Shown here in pieces: positions 51,081 to 64,000 of a stretch of 64,000 bases of DNA. The stretch is from NCBI RefSeq assembly GCF_018977255.1, contig NW_024704743.1, positions 67,458,001 to 67,522,000 of the forward strand. The letters run 5' to 3'. The DNA is from Callorhinchus milii (Eukaryota). The notes beneath the pieces were generated by a model, which was not told the DNA's origin, ran no database searches, and saw only the letters and a list, made by a program, of their open reading frames with translations. Each line of letters opens with the position of its first letter. The stretch's first letter is position 1. The position numbers and the translations under genes are program-made.

Positions 51081-53289
51081 ACTAAGTGAGTGTGCTCCCT
51101 ACTTAACCCCAGCACACAATATGTGGACAATATTAGCATTCTAATGCACTCTCTAATATGATCTTTGTTCCGCTTACCCCGATCCAATTAGAGATGATCA
51201 ACATGGAGACATTTACTGTTGTGGAACTGGGTAGTTCATAAAACTCAGGCTTTGGTGCCTGATGATGTTCTGTGGTGTTTACAGAGTTTACTCAATTGCT
51301 TAGCGCACTTGAATATTTGCTGGCAATGCAGAGAAGGGCCATTTAGGGAAATGCAGATATATTACAGAGTTGTACCATTGGAAGATTAGTTAGCCTGAAG
51401 ATGTTACGACATGTTCTCTGTGCAATCCTATTAAAACCCTGCTGCATTTCATTATACTAAAGGAATTTACTCTATAGGATAAAAGTTAATAAGCTTTTGC
51501 TGAAAATCTCCAGGATACTCCAAAAGCAACATTATATAGAGGGGCGATCAAGGATAAAAAAGCTGATTTAGAAATTATAGATCAAAACCATGAGCCAAGT
51601 TGCATATCTGTCTCAGATTCATCTTGGATACAAATCATCCAAAATTATGGATGGCTGGGTGTGAGTAGCAAGGCTGCAATTTGCTCAAGGGATTCAGACA
51701 ACATCATAAGCCATGAGTGTAAAGCTTGAATTCTTTATGGATGTCGTCTAAATGCCAAGATTAAATTACAACTTTATAAGTATCACCCGCTGGCTATGCT
51801 TATTGTATGATATGTACCACACGCAATAAAATGAAAGGCATAATAATGACAGGTAAAAGTAGTGCCGAGATGACACTCATCGAATTGTGAGATGCTCTTG
51901 TCATGTTATCAAAGCAGAATAATGTTATTGTGTGATTCACAGGAGAATTAGTTTGTATTTCTTGAGCAGAATTATTAGGCAATTAGATGGCTCATATAGA
52001 TTATAAATAAATTTAGTTTGAGTCAGTTCCAATTTACAGGGTACAAGGATAATCACATTCAAATGAATTCAAAATGATGAGTTCCCTTCTGACACCAACA
52101 CACTGAATGTGGGGAAGAAGCAGTGGAGTGAAAAACTCAGTGGGGTGAGAATTATCAGCTCTGAAATGGCAGAAATCTGACACAAAACAACAGAGTTTTA
52201 GTCAATAAATAGCGACTGGTTTCACAAATGGACACACCTTTGACTTCCACAAGACTGGGCTGGTACGAAGCCCCTTCTCAAACTTTTTTAGCTGCTATGT
52301 TGGATTACTCAGTCATGATAATAAGCGAAAAGAAACGTTTGACATATTGACATTTTCAGGCCAAATCGCGCCCATTTGGCCCATTGTATCTGAACACTGT
52401 GATCTTTCACCCACTAAATATACAGTCACTTCACTTTACAGTATACTCTGTGAAATGCTTTGAGATGTCTTGAAGACGTGATAAGGCTCTATAATCAAAT
52501 GTAAGGATTATTATTATCTGTTTTTTAAGTGCCCTTTTTTATTAATCCCACCTTCCAGCATCTATCTCCACATTCCTTAATATGTTTACAACTCAGATAC
52601 TTAGCCAATTCCCTTCTGAATTATTCTATAGATCCTGCCTCAAAAGCCACTTGATAATGGGATAATGAATTCCATTGAGAGCAGAAATTCATTGCAACTG
52701 TTCCCGATTCCTCTGTCCACTCTAAGGCAGCATTTCAGAGTGTCCAGAATTTGGCAATATCTTTAATTGAGTTATATTTTACCATCAATTCACTTCACAG
52801 TATATTCTGTGAAGCATTTTGAGACATCTCAAAGACATGATAAGGCGCTATATCAAATGCAAGGATTATTATTATTTTCTCATCTGATTTTCTATAAGAA
52901 CGTTTAAGGTTCAGCTGTGGGCTTCTCAAGGCAAGTAGCTATTTTTTTCAGTGCAGGTCAATCTGTGATGGCAGGAGTGCAATTGATTGCCGAACTTTAA
53001 TTGTGTTCGCCTGAGGCGGGAAAGAGAGGGAAATAGGCCCAACAGATCATGAAGATTCAATACAAATTTACATTTGTATAGTGCCTCTAATTTCTTACAC
53101 CTAAGACAACAAGTCAAGCTAGGCGGGCTGAAATGCTGTTTTGGATTGCCATTTTCTTTAAGATTTATGCTAACAATTCCATTGAACTGTGCTACTTAAA
53201 ATGCTTTTCGTCCATCCACTGTTGTAAAAGAGGGTGGATGTTATTATTTGAATAAAGAACAAGTATGCAATATCAGAACTACCACCTTG

Positions 53290-53560
53290 AAATTTCAGAA
53301 GATCACAAGGTTGGTTTGGATAAAGAAGGCCCTTTGACTCACCTGATCTCATCCTTTCAGAATACATACCCTACCATTCCCCTATCACAGCTTCAAGCCG
53401 TTTTTTAAAACAAATCCTGTTTCTTGCCCTCTACCATCCTTCTTGACAACTGCTCCTGTCATTATTTACCCTCTGAGAATTGAAAAAGATCCTAGTATCT
53501 GTCCTGAAATTGCTCTTTACAACTCTAAACCATGTCCTGTTTGTTCTGCTCAAACTTGAA
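53290..53560 (-). mobile_element. CR1 3' remnant
   Basis: GGATAAAGAAGGCCCTTTGAC...CACAGCTTCAAGCCGTTTTTT. Related to the antisense of 31953-32170. Confidence 0.6.
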
Positions 53561-54458
53561 ATAGATCAACATCGGTAACTGGTTTGACAAGTAATACCAT
53601 ACAGAATGTTGGAAAAGCCATCAATGCTTGCTTTCATTCAGGCAGTATTGATGTTTTAAATAAGAAGAATTCCTGAATTGTTTGAAAAAGTTGTTTGAAA
53701 AATTGTTTGAATGTTTGAAGAGTTGAAACACCCCTGAAAAATTAAAAAAATTGATGTTTGCTTTTCCCGGTTGCAATCTGCACAATTAACATTTACCTTT
53801 TCTTCATAGTCCTTTGCTGAGCCAATTACATTTTAACCAACGTTTATTCTGTTCAATCAATAGACTTTTGCTCAATGCCATGACAAAAATGAAACCTCAG
53901 TTACTGTACCAACAGCCTCTTTGGTAACCAGTAAATGGCTCCTAACAAAAATACTGACAGTTGTTATATGATTACCTTTGATATAGTGTACAAAGAATAT
54001 GAAATATCTCTTTAATCTCTCACTACTATTTACTGAGAGTCAATGCTGTCACAGTAATTTTAATATGCCGCAAAAGAGTCGTAACCTTTTTAAGCCTCAA
54101 GTTGCCTACCCGATGTCTGTCATGAGTTCAGCATGAGAAAATAATTGTTTGAAAGACAAAGAACATAAACTCTATGCCACCCCCACCCTCTGAGAGTTTC
54201 ATCGCAATGTTTGGATCCAAAGCCGGTTCCTAAATTTTGTGCTGCCAACTTGGTTTCCCACCAGTGGGTTCCTATTCTTATTACTGATCCCAGAGCCTTA
54301 TATTTGATATGTGAGGATTATAAATGGGCTTTTGAGTGCTGCTACTTCATGGGACACTGATCAAGTTAACCCACCCTCTCCCAAAGCTGCACTGAAACTG
54401 CAATGGGCAATAAAAAACAATGGTAGTATAGAACATTATGGGGCCAACCAATTTACTG

Positions 54459-55540
54459 AACAACAACAACAAAATTACATTTATATAGCACCTTTCACAT
54501 CGGGCGGAATTCCCAAGGCACTGGACAGACAGAGTTATGGACGCGAGCTGAGGGTCAGGGTGGGGGAGGGGGGAGGGCAGGGAGGTAAGCAGGGAGATCG
54601 GAAGCCCGGTCGAAGAGGAAGGTCTTGAAGTGGGTCTTGAAGGTGGCGAGGGAGGTGGCAAGATGGAGGGACTGCGGGATGGAGTTCCAAAGGGTGGGCG
54701 CAGAGTAACGGAAGGCCTGCCCACCGATAGTGGGATGAGCAAGGCGGGTGATGTGAAGCAGGCCAGAGCCCGCTGAGCGGAGGGAGCGAACAGGATAGTA
54801 GGAGGTTAGGAGATTGGAGAGGTTGGGGGAAGTAAGACTGTGGAGGGCTTTGAAGGTGAGGACCAGGATCTTGAACTGTATCCTCTGTGTGATGGGAAGC
54901 CAGTGGAGTTGGGCAAGGATGGGGATGATAGGGTCACGGAGCCTAGTGCGGGAGAGGACATCGGTTTAGAGTTCTGGATGATCTGCAGCCTGTGGAGGGA
55001 GGAGTTGGGAGGCCGACAAGCAAGGAGTTTGCATAGTCGAGCCTCGATGTAGCGAAGGCGTGTATGAGGGTTTCGGCAGCCTGCAGTGTGAGACAGTGTT
55101 GGAGCCGGGCGACATTGCGGAGGTGGGGGAAGGCAGAGTGGGTCATGGCGCAGATATGGGGTAGAAAGGATAGTTGAGGGTCAAACAAGACCCCAAGGTT
55201 CCGGACTGGCTTAGTGAGGTGGAATGTGCAACCGAGGATGGTGATGCTGTCAGCGCCTGAGGTGAGGAGGCACTGACGGGCGCCAATCAGGAGAGCCTCG
55301 GTCTTGTTGATGTTCAACTGAAGAAAGTTAGCTCTCATCCAGGACTTGATGTCTGACAGACATTCTGTCAGCACAGCAGTGATCCTGGAGTCGAGGGTGG
55401 AGGCAGAGAGGTAGAGTTGGGTGTCATCTGCATACATGTGGAAGTTGACCCCATGTGTGCGGATGATGTCACCAAGAAGGAGCGTATAGATGCTGAAGAG
55501 GAGGGACCAAGGACAGAACCCTGAGGAATGCCGCACGGGA
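54459..55540 (-). mobile_element. L2 LINE 3' ~1.1 kb (RT C-terminal half)
   Basis: ORF 54943-55536 contains [32 protein letters not shown] and SRLDYANSLL. (CAA)n tail. Confidence 0.95.
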
Positions 55541-57924
55541 CATTTTTTTTTAAACTTGATCAGTGGTCACTGTGGTTTCTCCTCACTGATACTTGTGATA
55601 AAATGGTAGATTCACAGACATAGATGATCATACACTGCATTTAAATCTGGAACAAATTTCCCATTGTTTTTTAAACCTCTGAAATTCTCCGCCTCAATCC
55701 CTCCCCCTTATCACCAATACATAAGGGCACTGTTGTTGTTATTGTTTGTCATTTAAGAAAGAATCCAGGATGTAAATTTGCATAGTTAAGAAACATAAGC
55801 TTTGCTTTTGCCTGTTAGCCACTTATCCCTGGTGTGCTAAAGCAAAGGCACAGATCATCTTGAAGCAGCCTTGCAGCACTGAATAACCCATAACCATAGT
55901 CTGTGTGCTCTTTACTACACAGCTGAGGTTTGGAGTTACTGAAGTCAATGCACACACCAATGAGCTGAAGAGTGCTCAGGAGGAAGCTGAGATACAGTTT
56001 CTGAAATTTGCATCGAGTTTACTTAGAGCAGTGCAGCAGACTAAAGGCAGAAAGGTCAGAGTAAGGATGACAGTGAGTTGAAAAAAAATATGTATTAACT
56101 GTTTTTTGATGGTTATGCCTGAGAATATTTGGCACACGTTAATCATTGTTGATTTTTTTCAAATGGATCCTAGTTACAAAATGTACAATATAATCTTGGT
56201 ATAATTATTTCTGGAAAACAGCAGAGGGCTGAGCAAAAGCAATTTTTTTAACCCACTCAATTTTCTTTATATGCAGCAACACAATCAGTATTGAATGACT
56301 TAATGATCCAAACATTACTAGCAATATAACAAATAATTTATTGTTCATTAACATCAATTCCCCAACTGAAGAGAGATAATTGTAAAATATATGCATTTGA
56401 TATGTGTCTTTCAAGTCAGGAGGACTGGACTAAGGGCTTCACGGGATTTACAGTGAAGTGCAGTGACTGTGCATCTCATAGGTGAACAATTGTTCTTTTA
56501 ATTCTAACAAAATAAAGTTTACATTTTTAAAAAAATAACTTGTAGAAGTAATTTGGAACAGCCAAGTTTATCATTGAATATGGATTGATGACAAAAACAA
56601 AAGCTAATTAAAACTGGTTTGCCAAATATATTTAATAGCCTTTTTCCCCCGTTTTAATGTTAGATTTTTTCAGCAATTTTAGCTGATCTGGAAAATGTAT
56701 TACAATTCTTCAAAGTACAAAGTATTTCTAGATATCCTGTCAATGGTTAACCCGTTAACCCTTTAACCACATTTAAGCTGCAATGTTTCATATGGAGTTA
56801 TATCTGGTTATACTCCAATAGTATCTTAATGCACACAGGGGTCCACAAGCCTTAGCTTTCGCCAACTTGCTCCAAAAAATTCCCATGCGTCGGTTTCTCT
56901 GGAAAGAAACTATACACTTCACAATAAACAAACAGTAATTCAGTTTATTAATTATTAGTTATACAAAACTAATAAGGTGAATTGCTGTGTGTGTCAGACA
57001 CAGAATATACAGCTGAAGTCAAATTTAATTCCACTGATGAACCACTTTCTCAGTGTCTGGTATTGCGTATCCCATTGTAAAGGGTATCAAGACTGCGATA
57101 CAACTAAATGTCTTGATTGTTGCTTATGCAGCCTGTGACCACTTGCTGCTGGGAACATGAAAAGTGAAGGAAAACTCTCATTACATTTAGCACCATTCCT
57201 GCAAACCATCCTTGGATTATACCCTTAACCAATCGTTGATAATTAATTGTACTCTCCCTACAGATTGGACAAATCAGTCAAGATAAAGGAAACTGTCAGT
57301 TGCAAATGAAAAGGTTTTATTTTCCATCATGTGAATATTATACCCCAGGCCTCCACCACCCCCACCCTCTCAAAAGCAGAGAAATATATACATTTGGAAT
57401 ACAAAGAATGGAGGATTTCGGCAGCCTTATCTAATATCTTTTCTGACAGAATTAAGGAGCAAAATGCCCATTCATCAGGACTGAAAGAAAACACTATATT
57501 ATGGTTAAACATTTAGATGTAATAAATAAATCATAACAAAGTTATGGTCGTTTGGGGATCTAAACATAAATGATCATTACAGTCAATCAAATACATATTT
57601 AAAGTCTTAAGTGCATGATACATCTTGGCTTTGGCTTGTGTCCATAGTCAACTGTATAGGATGTATAGAAGCCAGACTGCTACAGAAAAGATATGGTGAT
57701 GCTCCCACAGTTAGGTCCTAGGTGGTTTATCTCTTGGTACTGGTCTTCTCCTTTGCAGGGAATTATTTTGTGCGCTACCTGGCTGGATCAGGAAATTGTG
57801 CGTTCAAGTCCTACATTGGAAACTCACTTATCACCTTCCTTCTCTTTCCAGCTCAGCATCAAACCACACCTCTGTTAAGCTCTCTGAGAAGGGCACTATA
57901 GAAATTCACATTGTTATTATTTGC

Positions 57925-58273
57925 AGAGTTTTTTGTAAAGTGCAGTGACTGTGTATTTGCAGGTAAATGTGTCAGCCAATTTGCTCATAGAAATGACCCA
58001 CAAAGTGCCATTAAGTGAAATAGAATTTTTTTTTAAAGTATGAGGATCGATCATTGGCCTGGATACTGGGAGAAATTCCTTTCTGTAATGTCATGGGATC
58101 TTTTAATGTCCACCGATTTAACGTCTCATCCAAAGATTGCCACTTCCAACAATACAGCACTCTGCAGTGCAGTATCAGTGTAAAATAGTGAGATCCCAAT
58201 CCAACTGAGGAGCTTGAACCCACAATCTCTTGACTCTGAGGTGAGAGTGCTACTGATTGAGCTCGGCTGACAC
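57925..58273 (-). mobile_element. DeuSINE-like SINE
   Basis: Antisense GGATGAGACGTTAAATCGGTGGACATTAAAAGATCCCATGAC. Head TCAGCCGAGCTCAATCAGTAGCACTCTCACCTCAGAGTCA...GGGTTCAAG. Confidence 0.8.
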
Positions 58274-58443
58274 TTGGTATTTCATATGCATTCATCACAT
58301 ATTGGAGAAATAACCTACAGTTCCCATAGCACTATTTGAAATGACAAGGGAGTTTCACCTGGCTAACAACTTCCGAGACAAAATGTGGGTTGTGATGGCA
58401 AACTGAGTTTTTTGATTTCAGATCGTTTGTCAGCTAAAAGATA

Positions 58444-58832
58444 CAAAACAACAACAACTTGGATTGAAATAGCGCCCTCCACGCCGGATGGCAACTCAGA
58501 ACGCTTCACAGTAACAGATCCCGGGGCCGAGCCAGGGGGAGGGGGAGGAAGGTGACCAAAGGCGTGGTCAAAAAGAAAGCTCTTCAGCCGAGACCTGAAA
58601 ATAGGAAGAGAGGGAGCGAGGCAAAGGGAGTGAGGAAGGGAGGTCCAGAGCCTCGGGGCATAGTGGCTGAAAGCACGGCCGCCGGGGTGGGGCGGAGGGC
58701 TCAGGGGACAAGGAGGAGGCCGGACCTGGTGGAACGAAGGCAACGGGCACTGCTGTGAGGAGAGGGATCAGAGAGGTAGGGGGGTGCAGAGGAGTGGAAG
58801 GATTTGAAGACAAGGGTGAGGATCTTGAAGTC
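58444..58832 (-). mobile_element. L2 3' fragment
   Basis: DFKILTLVFKSFH, GGRAFSHYAPRLW and LKSFLFDHAF motifs. (CAA)n tail. Confidence 0.9.
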
Positions 58833-59929
58833 GAGAAATGGTTGGAAAGCAAACCAATCCAAGGGTTCACACTTGTGGGGTAAATTCTTTAGTGAATCCC
58901 ACAATTTTAGTTTTAGTAAAACAAGTAGTCGGAATTAGTCCAGGAACTTCTGGCTTTTGAGTATTACATTTTAGACCCTATTTGTTTCAATCCACACATT
59001 ATTCTGAAACAGAACAACACACGAGTTGGAACCATAACAACAATAAACTTGCATTTATATAGTACCTTACATGCAGAGGTAGTGCCGTGGAGCCCTGAAA
59101 CATCAAAACAATTCAGAGAGTCAGCAGGTCCTAGCCATATCTCTTCCCCCCCCTCCAGCTTCTTACATCTCTTCTCCCAAGGTACATTTTCCACCACCGC
59201 AAACAGTTTTGACTCCCTCTTCCTTTCTCTAAACCCCCCAACCCCATGCTATCATCTATACTCGTCTAGTTACTTGCTAAAGAGTGCATGTGCATATCCA
59301 CTGAGACAAGAAACAGTATTTTCTTCAGACTAAAACAGAGTTCATCCCCAACTGATGAAAAGGTTGCTGACAATCAGTGTATGTGCTCATTCATATGTTA
59401 CTGGGATGACGAACAGGACAGTGGCCAGAGCCCGTGGTACACTGCTGTGAATTCAGGAGAGGAGACCAAGGAAACAAATAGCTAACAGTGTTTTTACATG
59501 ATGACATTAATCTGCAGTAATAAACAGAATATGGCAGTATCAATTTAATACACAGTTTATTTCAATGGAGAAAAAAAATGAACATAGAACCTCTACCTAA
59601 GGGAAGCATTTGATGCAAGGTTATAAGTGCAATTTCTTCAGCATCTGTGTCGCTTGGTCATACTTCAGGCTTGTCTCGCTGGCTTAGTCAGAGTGCAGCT
59701 TACAGAATGTAGCCTCTCAATGTTAGAGTTTAGTGAATTAAGGCTCAGACTTTAGGCACTCAGAAAGTGTGAATGTGAAGGTGATGGATTGCAGCGCGCT
59801 CAAGAACATAAGAAAACACTGAACACAAAAATACCAATTAATCCATGACCTCAGACCATATACAGCCTAGCCTACCATGTGGTCTATCCGGTCCTGTCTT
59901 TGCCTCTTGTAAAAACATATAGATAAAAA

Positions 59930-60418
59930 TAAGCATTACATTTCATATGACATCTTTCACGTTGGGTTGATGGCTCAAAGCGCTGGATAAGATTTACTAT
60001 AAAGTGTAGATTTTGTATTTTGTAGGCAAATGTTGCAGCCAATTTGCACACAGTAATAGCTCACAAACAGCCATGAAGTGAGTGATCAATTTTATCTCAG
60101 AAATTGCTGGTCAGGTGAAACTCCCTTGTAATTTTACATAGTGCTATGGCAAGTTTAAAGATATCTGAACAGGCAGGGACAGGACCTTGTTAATGTTTCA
60201 AGGATGGCACCTCCAACAGTACAAAGCTCTGAGATGCTCCCCTGTGTGAAGGGTTTTATATAAATGCAAGATGTAGTTATTATTGTTGTACAATGCTCCC
60301 ACAAGACTGTATTGGATTGTCAAGCTAAGCTATGTGAGATCAAAGTCCTGATGAGGGGTTTAAACCTACAACCTTCTGACTCAGAGGTGAGAGTGCCACC
60401 AACTGAGCCAGGCTGATA
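59930..60418 (-). mobile_element. DeuSINE-like SINE carrying an inserted L2 tail (60225-60287)
   Basis: Head CAGCCTGGCTCAGTTGGTGGCACTCTCACCTCTGAGTCAGAAGGTTGTAGG. The inserted + strand tail is flanked by GTACAA at 60219-60224 and 60288-60293. Confidence 0.75.
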
Positions 60419-61233
60419 TGACTGAGTTATTCCAAAAGTAATCAAGCTGAAACTGTGAAATGCTCACTCCCCTGGGTACACATTCTTTTTTGAAGATGGT
60501 AATTGATATAGCACCTTCTTTCGTGGCGAGTCTTTTTTTCCGATCGAATGCTCTGTAGGAATAAAATTAAATCTATCCTCTCAGATTCTGTGCAGCGAGT
60601 TACAAAACAAGAGGTGCAAATTTACCAATAACTCTAATACACCCACACTACTTAGCCATGTCCAAATCCTACCAGTTGCAGAAGTGTCGGCAAGAGACAT
60701 AGAAATTAAATAATCTATCCTTATCTGAAGACAGAGATGCTCCGAAAAAGTTCACAGTTTGTTCAGTAAGGAACTACAGGCTGACCCCATTATTCACCCC
60801 ACTATAATGCAGCTCCACTTAGTTTGCAGTTGTACTGTGGTTGAACTGGTACAGTTCTAGCTTCCAGCACATAGGCCTCACAATGTCTTGCAGGGTCACA
60901 GCAACTGGTGGAAACACTCATGAGAGCTTCTTGTGTGGAGCACCCAGGAAGTGACATCAGTGATGATCTGGAAGCACTGATGGTAGCCTTTTTTTTAATA
61001 TGCCTCATTATAACGTGGTGCACTAGTTTATGGACCCAAAACTGCATTACAATGGCAGTAGGATTGTACCAGAATGCGTCTTGCCATGGTTTTCAAATTC
61101 TTTGGTATAAATTCAATATGCAGGAGCAAAGCTGGAGGCAGCTTGCTTTCTGTGCCTCTTGTTCCTGTTGTTTACACATTACATATCTGGGGAGTAATTC
61201 TATCTGTGTCTAGATGTATTATATTTATATACC

Positions 61234-61375
61234 ATTTCAGAGAGTCCAGAATTTGGCAAATTGTTAAGTTCAGTCTTAATTTTCAAGTTATTTTTCTATA
61301 GTTTTTAAAACAACTTACAAATAAAGGGTGTCAAAATCAAGACTGAATTTGCCAAATTCTTAGACGTTCTGAAAT
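61234..61375. mobile_element. MITE-like palindromic element
   Basis: ATTTCAGAGAGTCCAGAATTTGGCAAATT..CAGTCTTAATTTT pairs with AAAATCAAGACTGAATTTGCCAAATTCTTAGACGTTCTGAAAT. Half-copies occur at about 52731 and 50331. Confidence 0.65.
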
Positions 61376-62204
61376 TCTAACAAAATAGAATAAATCTAAA
61401 CCCAAGTGGAATTTCATCTCCCCACCCAATTATACAAACTTAATCTCCATTTTAAAGCATATTGGGAAGAACCATTCACACTAGCGTTAAGCGACTGTCA
61501 GTAACTGAAAGACAACAATGAAAAGAACTTTAAAGATTAAATTCAGACAACTAAAGAGAAAAAAAGAGCATTATGGAACAGACAAATGGGATATCACGAC
61601 CTGGGAAGAGGGAAATGAAGCACAAAGATTTTGGAGTTAGTGGGTGTATGCTTTTCCGCATTACATTTTGAAGATGATAATGCCTATTATCAATTGCGGT
61701 CGTGTGTCAATCTTGTGTATTCATTCCAATCATTCGTCAGATGAATAATGGATTTTCCAAAGTGTTTACATGTTGGCTTTAGAGACAGCTGCTGTTCACT
61801 GCCTTCCCCAGGAGCTGGGTATCTTCACAATTCAATTTGCATTTCAGTGCTGCAGTATCTTTTCTGATACTGTCTCTGACACAGTCACGAAGAATGTTTT
61901 GTTCATTCCCTCCCTAAAGGAAATGAGCCTAGAAGAGCATTCTGTCCAAAAGGAGAGATGTAACCAGACTCCATCTGCTTTACTCTCCAGAGCCTCACAG
62001 TCTAGCCTCAGGACACAAGTTGGTAAATGTAACCTTGCCCTCATTTCCAAAACAATGCACTTGTGAGCCTATTGGAAATAAGATGCTCTTTTGCAAGCTC
62101 CTGCTTAATACCCCCAACTCCATGTGCTTAATCACATCTGAAATAACAAATGTGTTATTATTAATCACGGCTGAGACACAAATGTTAAAATTGCATATAA
62201 AAGG

Positions 62205-64000
62205 TTCTCACTATTAACGACAAGGCCGTCTCCAATCACCACTTCATCTCCTTCACCACCTCCACCCCCCTCCCAACCTCCACCAGACCCACCACCATCT
62301 TCTACCGCCCCTGGAAGAAGTTACCCCCACAATCCCTAACCGCTGCCTTGGAGTCCTCTGAACTCCTCTCCCTCTGGCCTTCAACCCTCACTGACCCCTC
62401 TTCTCCTCTCACCCTCCTCCACAACACCCTCTCCTCCACACTCGACACTCTTGCCCCCATCACGTCCCGTACTGTCTCCTACTCTCGCTCATCCCCCTGG
62501 TTCACCACCTACCTCCGCTCACTGAAGAGCCAGGTGCGGGCCGCTGAACGCACCTGCCTCAAATCTGGCCTAACGGTCCACCGACAAACCTGGCTGGACC
62601 TCCTCAAAATCTACCGCTCCACTCCAGCCTCGGCCAAGTCATCCTTCTACTCCAGGATAATCCTGGAGGCGAAGAACAACCCCAGGCTTCTGTTTTCTAC
62701 CACATCCCGACTCCTCCGTCCCCTCCGCCACCCCGCGCAGGTCATCTCCTCCAACCTTCATTGCGAGGAGATGCTGGATTTCCTTGAATCCAAAATCAAG
62801 GGAATCCGCTCCGTGGTCACTCCCCCTCCAACTTCCAGCCACCCCCCAGTCCTTCCCTCCCACTCCGACTCCTACCCATCCTCCCCTACACACCTTCGAA
62901 CCCGTTTCTCCACCCTCTTGTCACCAAACTCATCCTGTCCCTGAAACCCACCACCTGCTCCCTTAACCTCATCCCCACTCCACTCCTTATCTCTCAGCTC
63001 CACCTCCTTGCCCCACTTCTCACAGACATCATCAACCTGTCCCTCTCCTCTGGCTCTGTTCCCATTCCCCTAAAAACCCTCCCTTGATGCGTCGCAGCTA
63101 TCAAGCTACCGGCCCATCTCCAACCTCCCCTTCCTGTCCAAGGTCCTTGAAAGAGTTGTCGCCTCCCAGCTGCGCTCTTTCCTCTCCACCCATTCACTAT
63201 TCGAACCCCTTCAGTCGGGTTTCCGTGCTGCCCATAGCACAGAAACCGCCCTGGTCAAGGTCACCAATGACATCTTGACCATCTGCGACCAGGGCTCCCT
63301 CTGCCTCCTCGACCTATCGGCAGCATTCGATATGGTCGACCACGCTATCCTCCTCCACCGCTTGTCCTCCCACCTCAAACTTCAAGGCCCTGTCCTTGAG
63401 TGGTTTAGGTCCTACCTCTTCCACCGTCTTCATTTTGTTTCCATTAACGGCTTTTCCTCCACCCCCCACACTGTCTCGTGCGGTGTCCCTCAGGGCTCTG
63501 TCCTCGGTCCCCTCCTCTTCACCCTCTATATGCTCCCCCTTGGTGACATCATCCGCAGACATGGGGTTAACTTCCACATGTATGCGGATGACACCCAACT
63601 CTATCTTTCCTCCCCTACCCTCAACTCCACGACCACCGATGTCCTGACAGCCTGCCTGTCCGACATCGAGTCCTGGACGAGAGACAACTTTCTTCAGCGT
63701 AAAACTGAGGCCCTCCTGATTGGCTCACGTCAGCGCCTCCGCACCTCAGGCGCTGACAGCATCAGCATCCAAGGCTGCACTCTCCACCTCTCAAAGCCAA
63801 TCAGGAACCTCGGGTTCTGTTCGACCCTGAGCTGTCCTTTCTTCCTCATATCCGCACCACAACTGGCACCGCCTTCCATCACCTCCGGAACATCGCCAGA
63901 CTACGGCACTACCTCACCCCTCACGCTGCTGAAACACTGGTCCACGCCTTTATCACCTCAAGGCTGGACTATGGGAACTCTCTCCTCGCCGGCCTTCCCG
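62205..64000 (+). mobile_element. L2 LINE ORF2 (end of APE endonuclease, then RT), frameshifted, runs off the window
   Basis: DKAVSNHHFISF (SDH-like), [73 protein letters not shown] and [14 protein letters not shown]. Confidence 0.95.

Noticed and set aside
54943..55536. 197-aa ORF here and the 198-aa ORF at 62348-62944 as host genes
   Set aside because: Both are fragments of L2 ORF2 inside frameshifted, truncated LINE copies.
56746..56768. TTAACCC repeats resembling a piggyBac end
   Set aside because: No matching opposite terminus or transposase was found.
59329..59378. Possible + strand exon LKQSSSPTDEKVADNQ
   Set aside because: The donor context is weak, it is 50 nt long and no homology is recognised.
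60468..60552. Possible minus-strand exon (ttattcctacAG ... GGA|gtgagc)
   Set aside because: No recognisable peptide in any frame, and it contains a repeat-tail-like word (AAGGTGCTATATCAA).
1..64000. CRISPR array, retron or other prokaryotic defence system
   Set aside because: There is no regularly spaced repeat-spacer array and no gene-dense operon. The RT motifs are clearly non-LTR L2 type.

Overview
Eukaryotic, AT-rich, repeat-dense non-coding DNA (a large intron or intergenic region). The repeat set suggests a cartilaginous fish, probably a chimaera or shark; this is inferred from repeat families recalled from memory, not from a database search. There is no prokaryotic operon, no CRISPR array and no recognisable intact host gene. 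Most short ORFs in the track are read-throughs of repeats. The window holds many L2 (CR1/L2-group) LINE fragments, including an RT-encoding copy that runs off the 3' end. It also holds CR1 remnants, a young tRNA-Ala-headed SINE family whose 3' stem-loop tail is shared with the local L2, and older DeuSINE-like SINEs. Rarer elements are a Penelope-like fold-back insertion with a degenerate hammerhead-ribozyme core and a 13-bp TSD, a Buster/Charlie (hAT) transposase fossil, a probable mini-Helitron and two TIR/MITE-like elements. The best host-function candidate is a CpG-containing unique island at about 32.3-32.6 kb with a clean, frame-symmetric 156-nt exon signature. Repeat boundaries were read by eye and are approximate.
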